Under the pieces are notes generated by a model. It made no database searches. It was given only the letters and a program-made list of their open reading frames with translations, and was not told the DNA's origin. This document shows positions 1 to 9,234 of a stretch of DNA of 20,000 nucleotides, in pieces. Every line of letters starts with the position of its first letter. Positions within the stretch are counted from its first letter, which is position 1. Origin of the DNA: Perkinsus olseni (lineage: Eukaryota); contig JABANN010000100.1 of NCBI GenBank assembly GCA_013115125.1, positions 54,168 through 74,167 of the forward strand, in the 5' to 3' direction. The position numbers and the translations under genes are program-made.

Positions 1-267
1 GCTTCAATTTCATCATAAGCGAAAATAGTTTCATTCTTCCGGATCGTAAGTCGTTCAAGATTCGCGGATGCAGCCGTTTAAAGTCTGTTCGATTGACGTC
101 GCTAAAGTAATCTGAGGATTTTCAAACGTTTCTTCTATTTTGATCGTTTTAAACAATTCGTTTTTGCGAACGAGGATTTTGTTATCCACGGTTTAGGGTG
201 AATATGTTCGGCCTGATTCTTCCATGACATTTCCTCATCGTTGTCTCTACCTCGGGTGGATCCCTTT

Positions 268-350
268 CTCGAGTGACTCGAGTCGGGTCCGATCGAGGGT
301 ACTATCCTCAGGGTAGTCTACCCTGGGTAGATGATTCATCGGCCTAGGCC
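268..350. repeat. Cluster of short palindromes
   Basis: CTCGAGT-G-ACTCGAG (268-282), CAGGGTAG-T-CTACCCTG (309-325), GATGA-T-TCATC (330-340), GGCCTAGGCC (341-350). Confidence 0.8.
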
Positions 351-915
351 AATCGGACCGACGCCTACCTACTTTTTTAGGACCGCTCGGTTTCTTTCCT
401 GTTCTTGCACGTCGTGCAGTGCGCGACTCGAGTAACGCCAGCTCAACAGCACTTCAAGAGTTTTTCCTTGAGCTGCGATTGACAGTAGCAAGAGCCTGCG
501 TCGCAGGCCCTGCGACACATGCCCTATGTCACGCACAGTATTTCTTAGAGACTTCCGCGACTAGAGAAGACAGCCGTGTACCCCCTAAATACTATACTCA
601 TATATTTAAATTAACGCAAAGAGTTTCAGTTCGATGGTAAAACTAGTGATGCCCAGAATGAACGGCTACCGGATTCGTAATATTGATACCGATGATAACC
701 TCAGCGCAACATTGTTGCTGATATCGATGTTGCTACAATGTCACAAAACCGGCAAATCAATTGCTCTAGTCTGACAGTAGCGAAGAAACGGCGAATTTGT
801 AGTTGCTCCTTTCCGGAGAGGAATCAACGGCGTAGTTGATAGTTGCTGCTTCGAACGCAGCAAATGCTGCGATTGTCGTATCGGCACTATAACCAAGGAA
901 CTGCTCTTCAAGGAA

Positions 916-1052
916 GTACCGTTACGGTACCATGAGGTACCTACGGTAGGTACCATAAGGGAAAAACTTCGTCTTATAACTGGAGAGGAGCTCAGGAGCG
1001 TGAGCCTTACGCTCCTTAAGGCTTACGTTTTAAGAACCTTACGCCGTAAGGT
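916..1052. repeat. Cluster of short palindromes
   Basis: GTACCGT-T-ACGGTAC (916-930), GGTACCTAC-G-GTAGGTACC (936-954), near-perfect AGGAGCGTGAG-C-CTTACGCTCCT (~995-1017), ACCTTACG-C-CGTAAGGT (1036-1052). Confidence 0.85.
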
Positions 1053-1056
1053 ACTT

Positions 1057-1275
1057 AACGTCCTTCGCTGAAGACTTCAGCCTGAAGTGGGGGACTTGAG
1101 GTCCTTGAGCAGGCGATCCTCAACGTTCTTCGTTGAAGACTTCAGCCTGCAGTGGGGGACTTAAGGTCGTCCAGCAGGCGATCCTCAACGTTCTTCGTTG
1201 AAGACTTCAACGCAGAACGTCAAGACTTCAATACTTCAACTTGAAGTGGGGGACTTGAGGTCCTTGAGCAGGCGG
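1057..1275. repeat. ~65-bp tandem repeat (about 3 copies, the third rearranged) built from small palindromes
   Basis: TGAAGACTTCA at 1069, 1134 and 1199. TGAAGTGGGGGACTTGAGGTCCTTGAGCAGGCG is identical at 1083-1115 and 1242-1274, with a variant copy at ~1148-1180. Confidence 0.85.
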
Positions 1276-1830
1276 ACTGAGGAATTGCTCCTTATACAGT
1301 AGCATCAAGGAGCCGACCCCTAAGGCCCTTACGTTAGGAGCGTCAGGCGCGAATCGGCTCACGAAAGATAGCGCAGCGTTATCTTGTGTGAGCCGTTGCG
1401 GCACTGCGATACTGTGACACTGACAGCGCTATAAACGCTCGAGGAAGGAATCTCGATCTGAATGATTTGTCATTACCCTTGGTGTTGTTAGGGAGAAAGC
1501 TCAAATTGTAAGCAGCATTCTAGCGGCACTTTCGGTAATTTCATCTAACGCATTTTTAGGGTTGTCCCCTACAACATGCTGGGTGGTGGTGGATGGTTTC
1601 CGGAGGGGTTGCTGTGCCACGCGACCACAAGAAACCGCTGAGGTGTCACCATGACCATCCAGGTCATGGATCTCAGGACCCAGGCATACGAGTGCATAAG
1701 CGGGGGAATGACTGACAGGATTTCATCATTGGCGAAGATTGCGATAGAGACACAATAGGGACAGCGTGGTCGATCCCATTCATATGCCCCCACTCGCTGG
1801 TATCAACTTGATACTATCAAGAAAGGGGAC

Positions 1831-2283
1831 TTGGTCACCCTAACTTACTTGGGCACGTTCACTTTCACTACCCAGTTGCAAAGTGGAGCCATCAGCTGCG
1901 AGCTGGTGTCGCGCGAGATGCGGGATGGTGTGTATGTGTACAAGGAGGCTGGGGATCCTCCACCCTTTGAGGTACATTTTGACACGAGCAAGCGGTCAGG
2001 TGGCTTCCCGTTGAGTGTATGGATCGGCTGTTACAAGAACTTCGTTAAAAACCCCGATACGCTCTATTACTACCGAACTTTCTCTCTCCCCTACGAGCCT
2101 TATGTCCTAGGCTCTGGCTCGGAAGGTTATGTGAAGGACTTATTTCGATTGGCCAGGCAAGCCTGCCCAACTAAAGATTTTAATGACAACGACTTCAAAG
2201 AGGTGATCGCCGCCAACGAGCAAACCATTTACTTGACATTTGCTGGTGCTACTAGAGCCCGCACATATAGGGGTCCGGTGTAG
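1831..2283 (+). CDS. Hypothetical protein or pseudogene remnant; start uncertain
   Basis: 150-aa ORF of globular, aromatic-rich composition that starts at TTG. The same frame has ATGs at 1576 and 1651, but TGA (1639) and TAG (1756) intervene. No family recognised. Confidence 0.3.
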   Translation: MVTLTYLGTFTFTTQLQSGAISCELVSREMRDGVYVYKEAGDPPPFEVHFDTSKRSGGFPLSVWIGCYKNFVKNPDTLYYYRTFSLPYEPYVLGSGSEGYVKDLFRLARQACPTKDFNDNDFKEVIAANEQTIYLTFAGATRARTYRGPV

Positions 2284-3360
2284 TAAAAGCTCTACTGTAG
2301 AACGAAGAGGTTCAAGATGGTCCGTGGTTAATCGTCATTCGCTCGCCGTGAGCGGCTCACGGTCAAGTCGTCTCAAGTGCGTATATAATGAGCTTCATAA
2401 CATTCTTCAACCGGGTTTTGCACCCATCATCTGCCGATCGGTTGCAGCGATCGATCGTCTACTCGGCGCTTTTGTAGGGTTTGGTCAGAAAGAGAGCAAA
2501 TTCTATAATATTTTTACGATAATCATAATATGATTTAGGGACAATTCTTTGCTGGTTGTCACGTGCGCCAGTGAGCCGATCAAATAAGGCTTCGTGACAT
2601 CACCAGTTGATTTTTTACCCATTAGTAATACTTGACTCCATTTTATGAGATAATACAGAAGGGTTGAGGAACTATAAGACGACAGATTTTTTCTGGCTGT
2701 TTATCTGTGATATTCACCGTGAAGTTCGGAACCTATAGTCTCGTAACGATACTATCTTTCGCTATTGAGGAACTCCACGGATACCTGATCGCAGCTCGCA
2801 CTTCGTCACTGTCGCTTCAATTTGGGACTGTTTACAAAAGCGAGAACTCTGTTGGGTTGCATCAGAATCTTTCGTCGGTAGTCGCTTCCGGCAATACTAG
2901 ACGGCAAACAGCCGGATCGCAAGAAGGTTAGCGTTTCAAGCTTCGTCATCGACGAGCGGGAATGCTTAGTGCCCCCTCAGCACCACCTAGTAGACGGAAC
3001 TGTCAAAGCGTCGCTGTTTGACGCCTTATTTGTTCTGCCTACTGGGAAAATGCTTATATTAGTATCCGTGACGCATACCGTTCGACAAGCTGTAGTACAG
3101 GGGATCAAAAACGAAGAGCCCACCCCCGCTAACTTTTCGACTCTGTAGGACATGGAGGTGCAGCTGGTACTGTTCGGAAGCTCTCAAAAAGTTCCCTTTG
3201 ACGGTGTATTTAGCGATTCGCACTGTACTTGGATTTCCAGCCCAACGAGAAAAATCCCATATGGCCTATATGATATAGGGAAAACGGGCAGAACAACATG
3301 GCAAGGGAAACAGGCAGAATCATGTGCTGAGCAGACCTATTACTGAAACATTCCTTCGTT

Positions 3361-3422
3361 GATACTCTGAGTATCCTTCTTGGTGACTCATCAGCGATGA
3401 GTCATCGCTGATGAGTCATCAA
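3361..3422. repeat. Two adjacent perfect palindromes
   Basis: GATACTC-T-GAGTATC (3361-3375) and TGACTCATCAGCGATGA-G-TCATCGCTGATGAGTCA (3384-3418, 17-bp arms). Confidence 0.9.
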
Positions 3423-4591
3423 GATTCGGTCAGTAGATATCTTCTTCCCTAGCTTTCGTCTGTCGCCGACTACGTTCATCTGAATATACAGTAATTAGGT
3501 CTATTTGTAGCAACCCAAGAAGAGGAATGTGCTCCGATAAGAAGCTAAGCTAACTGGCGGATGATAAGAAGACAGCAGATGAAAGATTGGATTCCAGACG
3601 GCAAAACCCGGGTGTTGTGTCGTTCTCAATCAGCCAGTCTCTTAACACCGGGGTACAATGGCACAGGGGAAGAGAACGACAATGATTGTTTGAAAGAAGA
3701 ATGATTAGATAGAAGAATTGCGTTTCCTTCTCCCTCCCAGTTGCACAGCAATGTCTGCTGTCTCCACAATGCAATACAGCCTAGCGACGATTCCCAATGC
3801 CATTCTTTTTTCAACTTATCACTATCGTTCTCCTGTTTTGCTTCGTCATTGAACCCTTCTAATCTTGGGTTGTTACAAAAAACTTTAGGACTTTTCGCAT
3901 CACAGAAGCTTTCAATCAGCTAGGGTTGATGGAGAAGGAGGTCACAATGGGCTTGCACTCCGAGAGGCGGTGCCATTAGAAAAAACCCAGCTATGTACCA
4001 CGTAGTAACTGTTATGATTTTTGGTTGAAAGAGGCCGCTTATCAGTGAGCAAGTAACGCGGGAGTGCCGCCGAGCGAAGTTGCTACACCTCCGCGGTATT
4101 ATCACATCAACCTTCTCTCCAATGGTACTGTTTTCATAGTCAATCCACGAGATGCGTGCCTCACAATTGAGCTAGCAGTATGACGTTACTAATATCTTCA
4201 ATGACAACCAAGGACAAGCATCGTTACCGAACGCAACGGCCAATCAGCCGTTGAATATTGATTATCAGCTTGCTTTTCTCCACGCGCTGCAGCCGACGAG
4301 CGCTTCGATATCAAAGCATCATTCAACAACGAGTAGATAGTCCAGGAACGGGAGCACTTTCGGAAAATATCAGTGCAAGGAAGTGGCCGGAAGAGGAAAA
4401 GTGACAGATGAGAAATAAGCGACGCACACAAAGTTGAAGAGGATAAAGATTACTCCTATGTCGCGCTGAGGCGCTAGAATGGGAGACCTTCATGGGTAAT
4501 GCCTCCTCGCTTGTGCCACTCTGTAGATCCATTTAGGGCGAGCGACATTAATTCTGCGTTTTCATGATCTCGCGAGCCCCCAAGAATATAA

Positions 4592-4620
4592 TTGTTGTTG
4601 TTGTTGTTTTTGTTGTTGTT
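4592..4620 (+). repeat. Imperfect (GTT)n microsatellite just upstream of the poly(A) polymerase ATG
   Basis: TTGTTGTTGTTGTTGTTTTTGTTGTTGTT followed by GCT ATG ATG. Confidence 0.85.
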
Positions 4621-4623
4621 GCT

Positions 4624-6237
4624 ATGATGGCCTCTCTCGATGACCTTCTCCACGATCCTGTACTGGAGGCCGATTTGAAGCGACAACAGAAGCAGGTATT
4701 ATTTTCGTGGCGCGGTGACGCTAGCTTCGTAGTCCCTCTGCTCAGATTGCCTTCAACGACAACTTCCGCCATGCCTTGGCCGACAGGCGTCGATCAGCCC
4801 GGCGGTCGGAGTCCTCCTTTGCCGAAGTGGCCCCCGACTACGTATCAGCCGACAAATTCGAGGAGGCCGGCGGGGCTCCATGGCAGACGCCCGACGCGTC
4901 CCTCCCGACACTACTGGCTTTACATTCGGAATTGGTCGCATTCGGGAAGTGGCTCGGCCCAACGCTCCAGGAGAAAGCAGAGCGCCACAAAATTGTTCTC
5001 GACGTGAGAACCATCAGCAGTGCTCTGTGGCCAGAGGCGGTGGTAGTGGAGTTTGGTTCCAGTTGGACTGGGCTCAACCTCCCCGACGGTGATATCGATC
5101 TGGCGATTCAACGGTTACCGGGGCCAAACCACGTACGGGAGAATCTCAAGTTGCACATGAACCACTTCGCGAAAGCTCTTCACGTTTCCAAAATCGCCAC
5201 GCATATTCACGTCATTGACACCGCGAGAGTGCCGATCGTGAAGTTCATAGACCGTCGGAGCGGCTTCTCCGTTGACGTGGCTTTCGGCCTGCAAGGAGTG
5301 GTTACCAAGAGTGGGGAATGGGTCCTTGCTAACTGCCAGAAAATGCCACAATTGAAGCCTCTATTGATGGTAAGGCTCGTCACTTGGCAGTCTTCACGGA
5401 CGTGTTTGCTTGCTCTCAGTTCCTTAAATTGTTCCTCTCCATAAGAGGCTTGAGTGAGCCATACAAGGGAGGCATTGGCAGCTACATGCTCTTTACGATG
5501 TTACTCTGTGTTTTACACTTGAGCGATGGTAATAGGAGGGACGTTTGGATTGAACTATGGACCTATCGGTGGTGAAATTGACGCTCTACGATTATAGTGG
5601 ATGGGCTGCTATATCGGTAGGTGCCAGGAGTCCCGAACATTGGCGGAAGGCCTCGCTCGGCCACATTCTCTTCGAATTCTTCCGACTTTACTCGAACGAC
5701 ATGAACTACAAGAAACTCGGCCTGCGGCCGCCGAACGGATCGTCCAAGCAGGCCAGTCTCTACCACCGGGAGAACCCTTCCTGGGTCATCAGTATCGAAA
5801 GCCCGGAAGATTCTTCTATTGATTTGGGCCGCGGTACCTTCGACTACCCCCACGTAATACAAGCTTTCGATAACGCTTATCTCACTATATGCTCGGGCGA
5901 GCGCAACGGTCGAAGTCTGTTGCTGGTAAGCGGCTTGCTCGGCCAAGGCAGGGGTTTTATAGACGCTCGGGCGAAACTGGAGAAGCGGCTGAAGGCTGAG
6001 GTCCGGCCGGATGTAGTAACCACTGGGTTGAAGGCCGCTAGTATGGCAGAGGGCAAGGGGCAGATCCTGTTCAACGATACCAGTGATTCTGATACAGAAA
6101 GTGACAAAACGGTCGAGAGTTCTTCGGTGTCGGAGAAGTCCGTGAAAGCGAAGCAGCCTCCGAACAAGATACGGCGAACGGTGAGGCTCGAGGACATCGG
6201 CGGTTGGAGTGACGACGATGATGATGAATCCGAGTGA
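4624..6237 (+). CDS. TRF4: Non-canonical poly(A) polymerase, Trf4/PAPD5 (TENT4) type, 4 exons, ~473 aa
   Basis: Exons 4624-4695, 4746-5369, 5420-5528 and 5621-6237. GT-AG introns of 50, 50 and 92 bp join the ORF-track pieces in frame. Motifs: FGSSWTGLNLPDGDIDL (GS..DxD), ARVPIVKF, third Asp in VDVAF, GGIGSY, the PAP-associated SIESPEDSSIDLGRGTF, and an acidic tail. Confidence 0.9.
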
Positions 6238-7084
6238 TCGCTGTACTTTACTACGTCTGTAACTATTCTCTGGCATACCTTTTTTGTGTTCAAGTCTCGT
6301 CAACGAGAGCGCCTCGGCACACCATCGTGAGCAATATGAAGTTGCACTTGTTACAAAACTCAACACTCGGCGCGCACGAAGCTTATCATCAAGATTCAAC
6401 GAACCAACTAACGACAGCTGCCGCCGCTGAAGAGTCGGGGCGATACAGATATAAATGACGAGTCGTAAGTTGACCGGAGAGATGAGCGCCAAGGGGCAGA
6501 GGACAGGAAGAACAGGGGTAGTGATGAAGAAATATCTTCAACCAAGATGGTGAAGCCAAGCCATCAGGGCAACCCTTCGATGATGTTCACGACGAACAGA
6601 ACGATGACGAGGACGACGCATCGGACATGTGCTAACCGTTGAGTATTTCTATGCTTCTACGCATGAGAGGGCAGACGTTTTCTTCACGATGTGCACCTCA
6701 ATTTTCTTTTTAGCTCATGGGAGAGTGGTTGAAAGAAGAAAGAACCGAAATGGAGTACGTGCAAGATGCATATTAACGAAGTACAGCTGATCTAAAAGGA
6801 GCCGAAACGACTACGAGCACGATACAATGAGCAGCAAAGAGTTCAGAAGGCAATGACGAGGAACTGTTAGAGAACAGAGTTGAATTTGACTAATGGGATT
6901 CCCCGGAAAGTCAACGAGAAGCATAATGGGAATTGAGCGAACAGTAGCAGCATCTATGTTGACCAACGAGATAGTTGGACGAAATTGATGACGGCAAGCT
7001 GAAGAGAATCTTCAGGACCAACGGGTCTGCCACGACGAACCGTCGTCGACGATGAGTTGTTCATGTTAACGAAGAGACCTGCAA

Positions 7085-7669
7085 TCAATGGCTACTTTGA
7101 TGCACACTTTGGCGCACAGCCCAACTACAACGGCATTTTCTACTTTTTCTAGATCGAGAGAGTCTGCCTCCCTCGAAAGTATGCATAAATCTGACAGCTT
7201 CTTCGTGAGTAGATAGTCGGACAAAAGCATATCCACGATTCACTCTACCCGGATTTAGAGGAACATTAACCTCATCTTTGTTGCAACCGAAGCCGTTTTC
7301 ACGAAGTTCACTCGCTAGAGTAGCACGAGTGTAGCAACAGGGAACGTTTCGCAGCATCACCGACGTGCGGGCAGAGTCTTCCTTGCTAAAGTCATCGCGC
7401 CAAGCTTTTTCTTCTTCTTCTTCTTCACCAGATAGCTGGCTCTGGGACAGCCCACTATCTGAACCAGTCAAGCTCGTTGTGGAAGCTGTTGAGCATTCAT
7501 CGTACGACGGTGACTTGCAAGTGGCGCTGCTGCCAACTTCGGAGCGAGGGGATGGTCCACCGTTGATGATGTTGACATCAGGACAGGAGTATGCTCTTGT
7601 CCGAGTAGACCGGTGACTGAGGTCGATGGGGAAATCGACGAAAGTGTTCTTTATGGGCGCGGATGCCAT
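7085..7669 (-). CDS. Mei2-like RRM RNA-binding protein, 194 aa, apparently intronless
   Basis: C-terminal RTSVMLRNVPCCYT...VNVPLN...NRGYAFV matches the Mei2 C-terminal RRM pattern (TTVMLRNIPNKYT...N.GYAFVN). The N-terminal half is Ser-rich and low-complexity, and a pyrimidine tract precedes the ATG. Confidence 0.85.
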   Translation of the reverse strand: MASAPIKNTFVDFPIDLSHRSTRTRAYSCPDVNIINGGPSPRSEVGSSATCKSPSYDECSTASTTSLTGSDSGLSQSQLSGEEEEEEKAWRDDFSKEDSARTSVMLRNVPCCYTRATLASELRENGFGCNKDEVNVPLNPGRVNRGYAFVRLSTHEEAVRFMHTFEGGRLSRSRKSRKCRCSWAVRQSVHQSSH

Positions 7670-8383
7670 ACCAGAAAAGAAGAAGCCAAAGGGACAGTCA
7701 ATCTAAGGACACTGAGAGGCATCGATGAGGAGGAAGAGAAGGGGATAGCGACACAATCTAGCCGCGACATCTGCTGGTGATATCGATTTGCCACGAGCTG
7801 CCCAGCGGCGACGAGGAATCGAGGTTCGTCACAAAGCGAATCATTTAACGGCGCATGTACACAATAAGTCGACAGGACAGCAGCAAAGGGTTAGCTCGAC
7901 GACTTATGATGACTCTAAGAAATGAAGCGAATGAGCAGCAGGAGCAGCAGGAGTTCCGGTTTCCCGTGAATCGTCGAGCTACGCGTTGGTGAGATTTGCT
8001 CGGAATGTGGTACAACTGAATGAACTTAATTATCGTACAACGTGTTATAGAATGTCTGTCTCGCGGCGGCTTCGGTATCACCAGCTGAGTCCTAGAAATA
8101 CTGGGCCATCACTGCCATGGGAGACGGACTGACGGTGGCTGATAATAAAAATGCAAAGCCTAGCTGTACTATGGTTGTGTCCACGAAGCAAGCGGCTGGT
8201 TGAACCCTCTGGCACGGTACGACGATGACTACTGCGAGTGCCCCGACGCTGATGATGAGCTGCTCCTATGAAATCCGTGTTGTGCTGACCGATGTTATCA
8301 AGGATAATACTTTATCCCCAGTTAAAATCCGTAAACGAGAGACACGTCGCTCCGCCTCGTGGACCGGACAACGCACGTGTGCT

Positions 8384-8481
8384 NNNNNNNNNNNNNNNNN
8401 NNNNNNNNNNNNNNNNNNNNNNNNNNNNNNNNNNNNNNNNNNNNNNNNNNNNNNNNNNNNNNNNNNNNNNNNNNNNNNNNN
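8384..8481. other. Assembly gap (98 N)
   Basis: Run of N. Confidence 1.
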
Positions 8482-8569
8482 CTAGCTTTGCGGGCTAGCT
8501 TTGCGGGCTAGCTTTGCGGGCTAGCTTTGCGGGCTAGCTTTGCGGGCTAGCTTTGCGGGCTAGCTTTGC
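8482..8569 (+). repeat. 13-bp perfect tandem repeat (CTAGCTTTGCGGG), 6 full copies plus 10 bp, running into the gap
   Basis: Directly visible; the true array length is unknown because of the gap. Confidence 0.97.
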
Positions 8570-9149
8570 ACTACCCGCGTTTCAGAGCCATCGGAGGCTC
8601 AACCGAGCATTCGATGAGATGCGTCGTTTTGCTTAACCCATCCCTCCCAGACCGAGCACAAGAACCGGTCCGGTCTGCAGACTGCGCTTCGCGCTCTGAT
8701 GTTCGTCCTTCGAGGCAGAATGATGATCGGATAGTCGTTAACAGTGCGTGCGCAGTCTCCAGACCCGGTTCTTCATGGACGAGCACAGCTTGTCTCCAGC
8801 GTCTCGAGTGTAGAAATCTAAACGATAAGAGTTCACGTGTCGAACTTCCCACGCCGATAGAGATTGAGTTTTATGATCTTTATTAAGAGTATGTGAATAA
8901 TGAAATGGTCAACTTAGATTCACATACTAATAATAGGCGTTTAAAGTACATATTCCTATTATAAGCCCATGGCATAGAAACCGGGCTGAAGTACAGCGAG
9001 CAGTACGAAGCTCGGAAACTAGGATAACCTTCGAATTAAACTCCGAGACCAACTTAAGTTGCAAGGCAGTGAACCCGAAGATGGTCGGCATGAACACAAC
9101 AAGGGATGCATCTCATCGTTAAAAAATCCACAACAAAACGATTGTTCAC

Positions 9150-9210
9150 GACGTCTGACATTTCCGCGCTGCCGGGAAGAATTTACCGGCGGCGAGTCAT
9201 TCGTCATCGG
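9150..9210 (-). promoter_or_regulatory. SECIS element in the 3' UTR of the membrane selenoprotein gene
   Basis: The minus strand reads UGACG-A-AUGA-CUCGCCGCCGG-U-AAA-UUCUUC-CCGGCAGCGCG-GA-AA-UGUCA. AUGA is at 9200-9197, helix II is 11 bp (9 Watson-Crick pairs), the apical AAA is at 9184-9182, GA at 9164-9163 sits opposite UGA, and helix I is UGACG/UGUCA. Confidence 0.88.
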
Positions 9211-9234
9211 CCGTACAATCAACAGAACTGTTGT

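Noticed and set aside
1057-1275. CRISPR-like array
   Set aside because: The units repeat in tandem without unique spacers, the context is eukaryotic, and there are no cas genes.
193-4538. Isolated TTTAGGG telomere-like heptamers
   Set aside because: Single scattered copies, not an array.
5563-6492. 309-aa minus-strand ORF
   Set aside because: Antisense shadow of the last exon of the poly(A) polymerase.
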